IMG/VR virus record: IMGVR_UViG_3300033146_001994
Location: 1 to 64,000 of that record
Strand: one strand, 5' to 3'
Source of the DNA: a virus
Length of the DNA stretch: 64,000 bases
The notes under the pieces were generated by a model, which was not told the DNA's origin, searched no databases, and saw only the letters and a list, made by a program, of their open reading frames with translations. The position numbers and the translations under genes were made by a program. Positions 9,213 through 19,666 of the stretch are shown piece after piece. How positions within the stretch are numbered: the first letter of the stretch is position 1; each line of letters starts with the position of its first letter.

Positions 9213-9244
9213 TAATTTTTATAAACAAATTAAATTAAGTAATC

Positions 9245-9547
9245 ATGGCAGAACATTTGAAAGTAAGTAAAGAAGAAATTGTAAATTTATTTGAACAAGG
9301 GTATTCAAAAAAAGAAGTTAAAGAAGAACTGTATCCAAACATTCCTGCAAATATGTGGAACTCTATTTGGGAACAAGTAGGATTAAAAGGTAAAGTAGCT
9401 CCTAAGTATACATTTGAAATAGTTGAAGATGTAAATGAGGTAGCAGAAACACTTACACCTGAACCAAACACCCTAGCAAATGGTGATGTTGAACAAGGGT
9501 CTAATAGTGAACCTCAAGATAAGGATGATATGCCTACATATCTATAG
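9245..9547 (+). CDS. Hypothetical protein
   Basis: 100 aa with acidic tail. Confidence 0.7.
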   Translation: MAEHLKVSKEEIVNLFEQGYSKKEVKEELYPNIPANMWNSIWEQVGLKGKVAPKYTFEIVEDVNEVAETLTPEPNTLANGDVEQGSNSEPQDKDDMPTYL

Positions 9548-9593
9548 ACTAAGAAAATAAAATTAATTTTAATAATTTAAAACAAATAAAACT

Positions 9594-10502
9594 ATGGCTT
9601 TAACAGCAAACAAAGCAGACGAGAAAACAACTAAAGAATTTCTGAACTATACAGGAGTAATTCCATTTGAAGTAGTTGCATTTAATCCTGACAGTATAAA
9701 ATTGAATGAATTAGGACTAAATTTTGATGCAAAAAGTCCAATTAGTGATGACACTTTTAATGCAGGGCATAAAAATTATAGTGCTACTTTTTGGTTAAGA
9801 AACGCTAAATTTGCATATAAAAACGGTGAAAATGTTGTAGAAGTAGAAGCAGGAGCTATTCTAACTTCTATATCATTTTATATTGGAGACTCTGTTGCTG
9901 AATCTAAAACAGGTAAAACATTATTTATTAATGGTTATGGTGATACTATATATGCTGAAAGCATAGAGTATATCAAAGACAATTACGAGTGGTTTGATTC
10001 TTTCAAATTAAGAGGTGCTCATAAAGGAGAATCTGATTTATATTTATTCTTACGTGCATATGCAAACCTTAAATATTCTAAAAACGAATCGGATGAGAAT
10101 TGTTTAGAAAATCCTAAACAACTTTTTGAGGATGATACTGAACTTGTAGAGTATATAAATGGTCTTATTAAAGAAACTCCTAAAAGAATTGTATTTTTAT
10201 TAACTGGATTTAAAAATACAGGTACTGATGACAATGGTAATGTTAAAATGCGTCAAGTTGTGTATAAAAAATTCTACCAAAAGAAATCACAGTTTAATTC
10301 AGCAGTTTCTAATTTTACTAGTTTTATTAATTGTACTAGAATTAAAAAGAATAAAGAAGATAAAATTGCTGAAAGAGAGCCTAAAATGGACTTCTATACT
10401 ATAGAGCCACAAGGATTTGACTATAGCACTATTTGTAGTAAATTAGAAAAAACAGAAGATGTTAATGATGATTTATATAGCGGTGCAGAAGATATGTTTT
10501 AA
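9594..10502 (+). CDS. ssb: Putative single-stranded DNA-binding protein
   Basis: YTG...VAFNP N-terminal motif, acidic C-terminus ending DMF, position between ATPase and primase as in crAss-like phages. Confidence 0.65.
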   Translation: MALTANKADEKTTKEFLNYTGVIPFEVVAFNPDSIKLNELGLNFDAKSPISDDTFNAGHKNYSATFWLRNAKFAYKNGENVVEVEAGAILTSISFYIGDSVAESKTGKTLFINGYGDTIYAESIEYIKDNYEWFDSFKLRGAHKGESDLYLFLRAYANLKYSKNESDENCLENPKQLFEDDTELVEYINGLIKETPKRIVFLLTGFKNTGTDDNGNVKMRQVVYKKFYQKKSQFNSAVSNFTSFINCTRIKKNKEDKIAEREPKMDFYTIEPQGFDYSTICSKLEKTEDVNDDLYSGAEDMF

Positions 10503-10526
10503 ATAGCAGTTTTTAATTATTAAATT

Positions 10527-10559
10527 CAGGGAATATATTAAGTTATATTCCCTGTTTTT
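10527..10559 (+). terminator. Rho-independent terminator
   Basis: CAGGGAATATA-loop-TATATTCCCTG followed by TTTTT. Confidence 0.8.
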
Positions 10560-10575
10560 ATTTAAAGTAATAAGT

Positions 10576-11595
10576 ATGGCATTATCTAAAAGAAATAGTA
10601 TTACAATTACTGAATTATATCAAATGATTCCTCCTGAAAGAATTTTTGAATTTTATTGCACACATTGGAAAGATGTTTCATATAAGCTAGACACATTATT
10701 TATAAGTGATACTAGAGGCGATGATAAAAGACCTAGTGCAATGATAAAAAAGTCAATAAGTAATAAGTTGTATTATATTGACTTTGGAGATGGTATTCCA
10801 CAAAGTGCTGTATATTTAGTAAGCTATCTATACTCTATTACTATTAAAGATGCTATTGATAAAATTCTTTTAGATATTCCAAACAATAATGAAAGTAATG
10901 TGTCTACTGGTATAAATATGACTAGAACATCCTCCATACACAGTCCTAGAAGTACAAATACTAGAATTAATATACAGCCTGTTAAATGGAATAAAAGTAA
11001 TTTTAATTACTGGAAACAGTACGGTTGGACAGTGGAGAATTTAGAGAAATGTAAAATTTATCAAGTTACAAAGATATGGGTAAATGGCAAAAGAATATTT
11101 TTTTATGATAAGGCATTTTGTATAACTTATTATACGCATAATAATATTATACGTCGTAAGATATATTTTCCTGAAAGAACTGATAATAGGTTTATATCAA
11201 ATGTGGATACTACAATTGTACAAGGTTGGGAAATTTTACCAAAACAAGGAGGAGATGTATTGATTATTACTAAAGCATTTAAAGATATAGGGTCATTCCT
11301 GAATATTGGAATTTATAGTTGTGCTACTAATAATGAAACATCTTTTTTCCCTGAAAATGTAATAATAAAACTTAAAAAAAGATGGAAACATATTATTGTA
11401 TGGTGGGATAATGATAGAACAGGTGTAGAAATGGGATTATATTTTGCATTAAAATATGATTTAAAATTTATCTGCAATGACTATAAATTACCTAAAGACC
11501 CATCTGATTTATTTAAAGCTTATGGTAAAGAAAAATTTAAAGAATTTGTAAATTTAAAACTAAATTTAAATGAAAATACTGGAAACAAAACATGA
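10576..11595 (+). CDS. dnaG: DNA primase (TOPRIM, crAss-type)
   Basis: RGDDKRPS, YIDFG, IITKAFKD, WDNDRTG, KDPSD. Confidence 0.85.
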   Translation: MALSKRNSITITELYQMIPPERIFEFYCTHWKDVSYKLDTLFISDTRGDDKRPSAMIKKSISNKLYYIDFGDGIPQSAVYLVSYLYSITIKDAIDKILLDIPNNNESNVSTGINMTRTSSIHSPRSTNTRINIQPVKWNKSNFNYWKQYGWTVENLEKCKIYQVTKIWVNGKRIFFYDKAFCITYYTHNNIIRRKIYFPERTDNRFISNVDTTIVQGWEILPKQGGDVLIITKAFKDIGSFLNIGIYSCATNNETSFFPENVIIKLKKRWKHIIVWWDNDRTGVEMGLYFALKYDLKFICNDYKLPKDPSDLFKAYGKEKFKEFVNLKLNLNENTGNKT

Positions 11596-13762
11596 AATAG
11601 ATGTTTTAAATGTAGAACAAGCACAAAGTAAAATAAATACAAATAAATTACAAAAAGCGTTTGAATTACTTAGTTCTATATATAAAAATCCTATTAAATC
11701 TGTCATACGTGAGTACACATCTAATGCTGTGGATGCAAATGTTGCAAACAATAGTACCAATCCTGTAGCTGTATTCTATACTAAAATTGTAGATGACTAT
11801 TATTTTAATGTACGAGACTATGGTACAGGAATGAGTAAACAGTTTATGCAGGATATTTATTTTAACTATCTTGAAACAACAAAAGAAGATTCAGATGATT
11901 TTATTGGAGGGTTTGGAATTGGAGCTAAAAGTATATTCTCATACAATGTAAATGGTGTTTTATTTGTAGAAACTATTTATAATGGAGTTAAATATGTATG
12001 GACTTATTATAAAGACGAAAATAATATTCCTAGCTATACTTTAATGTCAGAAATGCCTACTACAGAATTATCAGGCACGTTGGTAAGATTTAAAATTGAA
12101 TGTAATGACTATTCTGTATTTTTAAATACTTCTAACAACATTCTACGCTATATTGACAATATTATTTTATTAGATATAGATAAAACAAATCTGTTTGAAC
12201 ATAACGAAGTGACTGAGTTTAAATACTTTAAAACTACTTGTGATAATGATTCAAGTATTGTATTATTGCTGGGAAATATTGTATATGACGTTGACTATAA
12301 CGAGATTACAGTTAATTACAATGACAAGCATATCCAAATTGCTGTAAAATTTGGTATTGATGAGTTAACACCTAGTTATAATAGAGAAACTTTTTATTAT
12401 AATGCTTCAACTAGAAAATTCATTCAAAATAGAGTGAATGCCGCAATTAAGGAAGTATATAGCATCCAAAAAGCACAAGCAGTTATTGATATTCCAAATA
12501 TAGAACCCAACCAATTTACACACGGTATAACTTGTAAAGATAAAGTACTAGATATGCCAAATCCCATAGAACAAAATTATAAATCCTTAGTGGAAGCTGT
12601 TCCCTCATTTGTACCTACATCTAAGTTTTCTGTTTTAGTACGTTATAGAAGAGTATATACTAAAAATTATGGGTTTAAAGGAAATTATAATGGAGAGGAT
12701 AAAATCATTGTAGCAGACAGCAAGTCGTTAACACAGCGTAATAGAAAATTGTACTGTAATATAGAGTTTGCAGACAAAAACATAATATTACTAATCAAAA
12801 ACACTAATATAACACTTGATATCTATCGTCGTATATTAGGTTTATACAGAGTTCCTAAAAAAGATTGGAGGAAATTAATAATAGCCCATCAAAAGTTAGA
12901 ACAATTAGCTTTAAAAGACAGTATAGAATTTGAAACAATTAAAATAACTCCTGAATGGAAACTTGCACATAGTGAGCACTTTACAAAAAATTATACTAGT
13001 GGATTTAAGTATAAAAACTATGTGCCTGGAACAATTATAGATGTTACTACTGAATCAGAAACATCAGAATTGCAAGCATTAATTGATTTTAAAGGTATTA
13101 TAATATACGGCATGCATGATGATAAAGCTATTTTACTTGCAATAAAAAAAGTTTTAAAAAGATGGAATTACAAAAATAACATTAAAGTAATAAGTATGTC
13201 TAAAAAATATTATACACAATTAGAAAAACTAGATAATCCTAAGTTTTTGAATGTTTCTGAATTTAATGGTAAGTTTTATAAACTTTTGAGAAACATAGCA
13301 ACTGCTGAGTATTTGCATGCAACGTTAGATATTGAGAATGTATTTGAAGACAATAAAATCTTAAATATGTTTAATACATCAATTTCAAATGAAGTTTATT
13401 TATTAGAACAGTTTTTAGATAAATACCTTATAAACAGTTACTATACTACTAGAGTACCATTTAGGAAAATCTTATTAAATGCTTTTATTGAAAATAACGA
13501 TTTAAATGAGGAAATTTTAGAAAAATTTAAAAAAATAAAAAAGTATTATAAATTTTATAGTGAAGTAGTTGTATTGGCAAATAAACAGGCATACGATGTA
13601 GAGTTTTATATTGGAATTGCTGGGGCTTTAAAATATAAATTACATAAATTAATTAATAATAATAAAAAGAAAGGAGTTGCTACTGACAAAGACTTATTTA
13701 TAAATCCTATATGGTATACAAATAATAAAAAATTAATTCGTAAAAAATATAATCTAAATTAA
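11570..13762 (+). CDS. rIIA: rIIA-like protein (GHKL/HATPase N-terminus)
   Basis: IREYTSNAVDA, VRDYGTGMS, GGFGIGAKS; adjacent to an rIIB-like gene. Confidence 0.85.
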   Translation: MKILETKHEIDVLNVEQAQSKINTNKLQKAFELLSSIYKNPIKSVIREYTSNAVDANVANNSTNPVAVFYTKIVDDYYFNVRDYGTGMSKQFMQDIYFNYLETTKEDSDDFIGGFGIGAKSIFSYNVNGVLFVETIYNGVKYVWTYYKDENNIPSYTLMSEMPTTELSGTLVRFKIECNDYSVFLNTSNNILRYIDNIILLDIDKTNLFEHNEVTEFKYFKTTCDNDSSIVLLLGNIVYDVDYNEITVNYNDKHIQIAVKFGIDELTPSYNRETFYYNASTRKFIQNRVNAAIKEVYSIQKAQAVIDIPNIEPNQFTHGITCKDKVLDMPNPIEQNYKSLVEAVPSFVPTSKFSVLVRYRRVYTKNYGFKGNYNGEDKIIVADSKSLTQRNRKLYCNIEFADKNIILLIKNTNITLDIYRRILGLYRVPKKDWRKLIIAHQKLEQLALKDSIEFETIKITPEWKLAHSEHFTKNYTSGFKYKNYVPGTIIDVTTESETSELQALIDFKGIIIYGMHDDKAILLAIKKVLKRWNYKNNIKVISMSKKYYTQLEKLDNPKFLNVSEFNGKFYKLLRNIATAEYLHATLDIENVFEDNKILNMFNTSISNEVYLLEQFLDKYLINSYYTTRVPFRKILLNAFIENNDLNEEILEKFKKIKKYYKFYSEVVVLANKQAYDVEFYIGIAGALKYKLHKLINNNKKKGVATDKDLFINPIWYTNNKKLIRKKYNLN

Positions 13763-13763
13763 T

Positions 13764-15068
13764 ATGGAAAATAAATTTAAAAAAATAAAGGCATTATTTT
13801 TAGATAATAATATCATTATTTCTATTAATAATAACATAATCTCTCTAAAGAGTAATAACACTGAATGGGAAACATTTAAAAAAGAACTTGCAGAGTTTAA
13901 TGGTATTTTAGATTCAGATACAGACAGTTCTAGTATAGAACATAAGTTTAAATCTATCAAAGAGTTTATAATAGAAAAAAGTCAAACGGTAAATACTACA
14001 AAAGAGGGGTATTCTTTAAAGCATATTTTAAACTTATTACGAATTGAAAATTTAGAAACAGAGGAATATAAAACTCTTAAGATTGAATTTTTAGAAGCAT
14101 TAAAAAAATCAAACTATGACCATCTTTTTAAGGAGATAAATGAAAATGTGGTATTTTTATACACTACTACTATAATTCCACCTATCTTTATGAAAGCATT
14201 TATAGATGCAGAAAAGAATAATTTATATTCAAAAATATCACTTATCAACTTTTGGAAAAACCTATGTGCAAATCCTAATAAGCAGATAAGATATGATGCT
14301 TTTAAATGGATTTATACTTCTAAGTTTGCTATTACTAATTCAGGCAATCTTATTACATATAGAAATGTGGATAACGATAGGGAATACAATAAGAATATTC
14401 TTAAAATAACTGTACAAGTTTTTGAAAAGGTAATTCAACTTACTAGAAGACAAGAAGATATTTACAAGTACAATATCTATAAAAATGGGGATGAGATAAT
14501 TATAGCAAAAACCAGTGAATTTCCTATGATAGCTACTTTGCAGGAAGAGTATGACAATTTAATTTCTACAAACAACTGTTCTCTTATTCCTAGATTCCAT
14601 GCACAACATCAAGGTGCTTATGGACAGGATATAACATTAGGTATTCCCGTTACAATGCCTAGGGATAAATGCGATATGGATGCTAATTCTAGTTGTAGTA
14701 AAGGTCTACATCAAAAATCTTTGGAATATGGTTTAAATTTGGGAGACACAGTTTTAGTATGTTTAGTAAATCCATATGATATTGTAGCTATTCCTACTAA
14801 CGATTGTACTAAAATGCGTACATGTAGGTATTTACCATTTGGCATAGCAGAAAAGGATAAGGCAGGAAATATTATACCTTGGGAAGAGGGTACATATAAT
14901 TTTCCTAAGAATATTTTAAACAAATTAGAAGTTGCCATATCATTCGATAACTCTGACAGGTTTATAGACGAACTTAAAGAATACAATGTAATATCAAAAG
15001 ACCTAACTAAAGAATTTTTTAATATAAATGTAACACAAACACGTAAATATTATGATGACAGAAGTTGA
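13764..15068 (+). CDS. rIIB: rIIB-like protein
   Basis: FWKNLCANPN, CSKGLH, VNPYDIVAIP, KMRTCRY. Confidence 0.85.
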   Translation: MENKFKKIKALFLDNNIIISINNNIISLKSNNTEWETFKKELAEFNGILDSDTDSSSIEHKFKSIKEFIIEKSQTVNTTKEGYSLKHILNLLRIENLETEEYKTLKIEFLEALKKSNYDHLFKEINENVVFLYTTTIIPPIFMKAFIDAEKNNLYSKISLINFWKNLCANPNKQIRYDAFKWIYTSKFAITNSGNLITYRNVDNDREYNKNILKITVQVFEKVIQLTRRQEDIYKYNIYKNGDEIIIAKTSEFPMIATLQEEYDNLISTNNCSLIPRFHAQHQGAYGQDITLGIPVTMPRDKCDMDANSSCSKGLHQKSLEYGLNLGDTVLVCLVNPYDIVAIPTNDCTKMRTCRYLPFGIAEKDKAGNIIPWEEGTYNFPKNILNKLEVAISFDNSDRFIDELKEYNVISKDLTKEFFNINVTQTRKYYDDRS

Positions 15069-16023
15069 ATATAGAGCGTATGATGCTATAAATTATAGCA
15101 CCTTATCACAGTTAGATAAAGACCCTAAATATGTAAATTCGCCAAAAGAAGCAACACAGGCAATGCTTGAAGGGTCTGCATTAGATACTTTAATGTTTAA
15201 TGAACAGAATTTTTATAATCTTTTCTATGTAGCAGATGAAAGTATAAAAGTATCTGATGCTTTAAAGGCAGTTTTAGAAGAAATCAATGCTGTTTTGCCT
15301 AATAATAATTTAGATGATGAAGCTATAAGACCTAAAGTTATAAGTATAGCACATGCAAACAATTATTACAATGCAATTAAAAAAGAAGATACATTTTATA
15401 AAAAAATAGTAAATCCTGCTTCAATTGCATATGTTAAAGCATTACAAGAATCTGTAGGCAAAACTATTATATCATATGAATTATTTATATGGTTAAAAAC
15501 TGCAAAAGAAATGCTGTTAACAAATTCTTTTACAAAAAGTTATTTTAATTCTACCAATGCTGATATTAAAGTACAATTTCAAGTGCCTATTATATGGTAT
15601 AGTGATGAAAATGAATGTAAGTCTTTGCTAGATATTTTAATTGTCAATGATAAAGCTAAATGGGCAATTCCTGTAGATTTAAAAAAGTCAGGAGATACCA
15701 ATTTTATAGGTTCATTTTTCAAGTTTAAATATTTAATACAGGCTAGTATGTATTATGATGCTGTAAAATATAAGTATCCTGATTATACCGTACATACTCC
15801 TAGATATATTGCAGCATTTTTAACAGATGTTAATAGACCTAGAGTATATAACATAGATGAAAAACTTTTAGAAATTGGTAAAAATGGAGGTATACTTTCT
15901 AGTGGAAGAGAAATAAACGGATACAAACAACTTATACTAGACTTGAAATGGCACAGAGAAGCAGATTTATGGGAATATCCTAGGGAATATTATGAAAACT
16001 TACACTATAATATTAAAGCTTAA
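15052..16023 (+). CDS. PD-(D/E)XK exonuclease (RecE/Cas4-like fold)
   Basis: NYSTL, GSALD, CKSLLD, VDLKK, YLIQASMY. Confidence 0.75.
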   Translation: MMTEVEYRAYDAINYSTLSQLDKDPKYVNSPKEATQAMLEGSALDTLMFNEQNFYNLFYVADESIKVSDALKAVLEEINAVLPNNNLDDEAIRPKVISIAHANNYYNAIKKEDTFYKKIVNPASIAYVKALQESVGKTIISYELFIWLKTAKEMLLTNSFTKSYFNSTNADIKVQFQVPIIWYSDENECKSLLDILIVNDKAKWAIPVDLKKSGDTNFIGSFFKFKYLIQASMYYDAVKYKYPDYTVHTPRYIAAFLTDVNRPRVYNIDEKLLEIGKNGGILSSGREINGYKQLILDLKWHREADLWEYPREYYENLHYNIKA

Positions 16024-16025
16024 TT

Positions 16026-16766
16026 ATGTTTATAGAATGCATACAAAATAAGTATAGAGTACTGAATACTACAGTCGAATTTATAATAGAGACTGTAAAT
16101 AAACTAAGTATTATTAGTACTAGTCCTATAGAAATTACCGATTATTATATTAAAACAGGAGATATAATGATTAGACTAGGAGATGTTATAAAAGTAACAT
16201 TGCCGAATAAAGTCAGTACTACTTATACATGCAACTATATTTCAAAAGAAGATTTATTGTTTCCTAAGATATATCTAACAGAATATAAAGTCAATACGTC
16301 ACTGTTGTACATATTACCTACATTGGGAAAAGATGCAGAATATTTTAAGCCTGCTACTTTTATAAATACATGCTTAATAACTAAAAATGTTAGGTATTTA
16401 TACATTATAGCAAGAAAAACTGATACAATGAATTATATTGCATGGATAAATCTTCTTAAGTCACATAGTTTATTTATAAGTTCATTTAAAAATAAAAGTT
16501 TCATGTATCTAAAATTTCAAATTCCTGAAAAAAATATTGAAGATGTTAAACTTTTATTACAAGGTAAATTTTCAAAAATATCAAATTTGCTAAAACAACA
16601 AATCTTGCAATTTTTTGATTATAATATGGAAAATTCTTATATAGCACAAGTACTTTATAAATCACCTAAATTGAAAAAAATGATGGAACAAAAATTAGAT
16701 GTTAAAATACCTAAGGATATTGAATTGTACTCAAAACCTACATTACAATTAGAATTTTGGGATTAG
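16026..16766 (+). CDS. Hypothetical protein
   Basis: 246 aa; C-terminal GKFSKIS...ELYSKP. Confidence 0.7.
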   Translation: MFIECIQNKYRVLNTTVEFIIETVNKLSIISTSPIEITDYYIKTGDIMIRLGDVIKVTLPNKVSTTYTCNYISKEDLLFPKIYLTEYKVNTSLLYILPTLGKDAEYFKPATFINTCLITKNVRYLYIIARKTDTMNYIAWINLLKSHSLFISSFKNKSFMYLKFQIPEKNIEDVKLLLQGKFSKISNLLKQQILQFFDYNMENSYIAQVLYKSPKLKKMMEQKLDVKIPKDIELYSKPTLQLEFWD

Positions 16767-17480
16767 ATGAAAAATCTATTAGGAATAGAATGGTATGATA
16801 AACTTTATCCTTTTATTGAAAAAGGAGAATTATCTAAAATTGCAAGAGTTATTAATTATCAACGTAGTATAGGAAAACAAGTAATTCCTGAAAAAGGTTC
16901 TATTACAATGTTTAGAGCTTTTAAAGAAACTTCTTTTACTAATACTAAAGTAGTAATTCTTGGTCAAGACCCATATTATTCTTATGAAAATGGTATTCCA
17001 GTATTTGATGGATTGGCTTTTAGTAACTCTAATAGTTACAAAGCTAGTCCGTCATTACATAATATATTGGAAGAAATTGCATATGAATATTATTGTGGGT
17101 TAAATCTAAAGACAGATTATAACTTATCTCTATTTAGATGGGCACAGCAGGGAGTATTGCTTTTAAATACAGCGCATACTGTAATTAAAAACTCTCCTGG
17201 TGCACATTTACATATATGGAAACCTTTTACAGAAAAAGTAATTGAGGTACTAAATACAAAAAAAGATTTAGTATGGCTGTTGTGGGGAGCAAAAGCGATT
17301 GAATATGAAAAGTATATTACTAATACATCACACGCTATAATTTGCACTTCTCATCCATCACCTCTAGGTTATAAGAAAGAATTACAGAAAAAATATCCTC
17401 CATTTTATAGAAGTAATTGTTTTATTAATGCTAATGATGCATTATATTTGAGAAATATAAATAAAATAAATTGGCTATGA
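16767..17480 (+). CDS. ung: Uracil-DNA glycosylase family 1
   Basis: VILGQDPY, GLAFS, PSL, WAQQGVLLLN, LWG, SHPSP. Confidence 0.95.
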   Translation: MKNLLGIEWYDKLYPFIEKGELSKIARVINYQRSIGKQVIPEKGSITMFRAFKETSFTNTKVVILGQDPYYSYENGIPVFDGLAFSNSNSYKASPSLHNILEEIAYEYYCGLNLKTDYNLSLFRWAQQGVLLLNTAHTVIKNSPGAHLHIWKPFTEKVIEVLNTKKDLVWLLWGAKAIEYEKYITNTSHAIICTSHPSPLGYKKELQKKYPPFYRSNCFINANDALYLRNINKINWL

Positions 17481-18118
17481 TGTATAAAACAGTTGAGGGT
17501 ATAGAAGTTAAATCTGAAGAGGAATATTACTTCTCTTTGTACCTAGATGAATTAATTGTAAATGGGTTTGTAGAGAGTTATGGTTATGAAAATAATACCT
17601 TTAATTTAACTCCTAAAGTAAGTAGTACTTATAAGAACCTTTCTAAAACAAACAAAATAAGCATAAAAGAAGAGTTTTTATTACACCCATCTACATATAC
17701 ACCTGACTTTACAATTATTTGGACAGAAAAAGCTAAAAATATCTTTTATCTTGATAGAAATATACCTACTAGAAATAAAAAAATCATTCCTTTTAGGCTG
17801 GCTTCTAATGACAGATTAATTTCATATATTGAAATTAAAGCTGAAAACACATTTAGGTATAATGCTAGTGGAGATATTAGTTTTCAAGTCAAACAAAAGA
17901 TGGTATACGCTGTTGAAAAGATTTATATACAGAAGATTAAACCTTTTATTAATAAGAAAGATTCTAAGTGTTTATTTTGTAACACCTTTACTCCACAAGT
18001 GGTAGTAGACATGGAGATATATAAGAGGAACACAGCTTTTGCTTCTAAAGGGCAATCAAAACTAAAATATGTAAATACAAACTTAAACAAATTCTTAAAA
18101 AATTTTACAAATGAATAA
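17471..18118 (+). CDS. Putative PD-(D/E)XK endonuclease
   Basis: KSEEE, YTPDF...YIEIK motif; true start may be ATG 17477. Confidence 0.6.
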   Translation: MAMMYKTVEGIEVKSEEEYYFSLYLDELIVNGFVESYGYENNTFNLTPKVSSTYKNLSKTNKISIKEEFLLHPSTYTPDFTIIWTEKAKNIFYLDRNIPTRNKKIIPFRLASNDRLISYIEIKAENTFRYNASGDISFQVKQKMVYAVEKIYIQKIKPFINKKDSKCLFCNTFTPQVVVDMEIYKRNTAFASKGQSKLKYVNTNLNKFLKNFTNE

Positions 18119-18560
18119 ATTCATAAAAACAACACCTAATAAAATAGAGAAACTTAGAAGAAATCAAATATTTGTATTTGGCAGTAATACTTTTGGGAAC
18201 CATTCGGGGGGTGCTGCTATGAAAGCCCTTGAATTTGGTGCAATAATGGGTAATCCTGTAGGAATACAAGGTAATACCTATGCAATACCTACGGTTATTT
18301 TGGGGGGAAAGAGGATGAAACTAAGGCATATTAAAAGAGAGGTGAAAAAATTCATTAAATATGCCAAAGCTAATCCTAGAAAACAATTTCTAGTTACTGA
18401 GATAGGATGTGGTATAGCAGGATTTACTCCTTTAGATATTGCACCTATGTTTACAAAGGCTTTAAATATACCTAATATAATATTGCCTTATACCTTTATA
18501 AATACAATTCTTACTAAGCACAATAATCCTATAAAAGAATTCTTCTTTAAAAGATATTGA
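18111..18560 (+). CDS. A1S_2505-like (macro-fold-related) phage protein
   Basis: IFVFGSN..GNHSGGAA, YAIPT, FLVTEIGCGIAG. Confidence 0.75.
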   Translation: MNKFIKTTPNKIEKLRRNQIFVFGSNTFGNHSGGAAMKALEFGAIMGNPVGIQGNTYAIPTVILGGKRMKLRHIKREVKKFIKYAKANPRKQFLVTEIGCGIAGFTPLDIAPMFTKALNIPNIILPYTFINTILTKHNNPIKEFFFKRY

Positions 18561-18661
18561 AAATGAGAATGAAAAATAATTTCAAACAGAAATAGGCTAA
18601 ATGTGAAATTTTTAACTGAAATAGTAACTAGAAAAGTATAAACAAATAAACAAATTGCAAA

Positions 18662-19111
18662 ATGAAACAATATAAAAGCACATTGCCTGAAATTACATTG
18701 AAGAAAACTAAAACAGAATTTGCAAATGTGAAAATAGGGGGTGCTAAAGATGCTGAACAGTATATTAAACAGTTTTATCTCGATGATATAGAAGTATTTG
18801 AAAGCGTCTTTATACTTTTACTTAATAGAGCAAATAATACAATAGGGTATGCTAAAATTTCACAAGGTGGAATAACAGAATCAATAGTTGATGTGCAATT
18901 AATTACTAAACATGCTATTGAATCTTTAGCAAAAAGTGTTATTTTAGCACACAATCACCCTAGTGGAAGTTTAACACCTTCCGTAGCAGATAAAAAGATT
19001 ACAGTAAGGGTAAAAAAAGCACTGGAAATATTTAATATTAGCTTATTAGACCATTTAATTCTTACTGTAGATTCTTATTACAGTTTTGCAGATGCAAACA
19101 ATTTACAATAA
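18662..19111 (+). CDS. radC: RadC-like JAB/MPN domain protein
   Basis: ESVFILLLNRAN, ISQGG, ILAHNHPSG, PSVAD, LLDHLI. Confidence 0.9.
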   Translation: MKQYKSTLPEITLKKTKTEFANVKIGGAKDAEQYIKQFYLDDIEVFESVFILLLNRANNTIGYAKISQGGITESIVDVQLITKHAIESLAKSVILAHNHPSGSLTPSVADKKITVRVKKALEIFNISLLDHLILTVDSYYSFADANNLQ

Positions 19112-19135
19112 TAATTTTTAATTAAGTATAAACAT

Positions 19136-19612
19136 ATGAAACAACTGAAAGTAAAAAAAGAATTTAGAACTAACTATTTACATGAATTAAATTCTAAAAT
19201 AGCTAGAGAGTATGGAAATAGTTTGTTCCAAGCTAATGCTAAAAAGTTTATTACGTTTATAGAACGTGCTTATAGTATAGACAATGCTATTCCACAGAAA
19301 GTACTAACTGAAATTAGTAGAGTAACTAAACTTGGATTTTCTCCTGAACTTAAAAAGATATTTTTCATTGGGAATTCTATAGGAGGAAATTTAGAAATTA
19401 ACTGTTTCTTTGAAGTGTGTTGGGATAAACATAAAACAGCATTTCCACTGGAAAATGGGGAGTTTAAAATCCCAACTGCTGCTACATGGGAAAATGAGTT
19501 TTGCCATAGAAAAGCTACAAAAAAAGAAATGGAATATGCGAGAGATATTCTAAGTTTAATTAATTCAATTATTAATACAGGTGTAAATATTTATAAAAAA
19601 CTAGACAATTAA
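19136..19612 (+). CDS. Hypothetical protein
   Basis: 158 aa ORF. Confidence 0.65.
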   Translation: MKQLKVKKEFRTNYLHELNSKIAREYGNSLFQANAKKFITFIERAYSIDNAIPQKVLTEISRVTKLGFSPELKKIFFIGNSIGGNLEINCFFEVCWDKHKTAFPLENGEFKIPTAATWENEFCHRKATKKEMEYARDILSLINSIINTGVNIYKKLDN

Positions 19613-19617
19613 ATATT

Positions 19618-19647
19618 ATAGGAGTTGAAATATACTCCTATTTTTTT
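19618..19647 (+). terminator. Rho-independent terminator
   Basis: ATAGGAGT-loop-ACTCCTAT followed by T run. Confidence 0.8.
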
Positions 19648-19666
19648 CTAATATAAAATTTAAATA

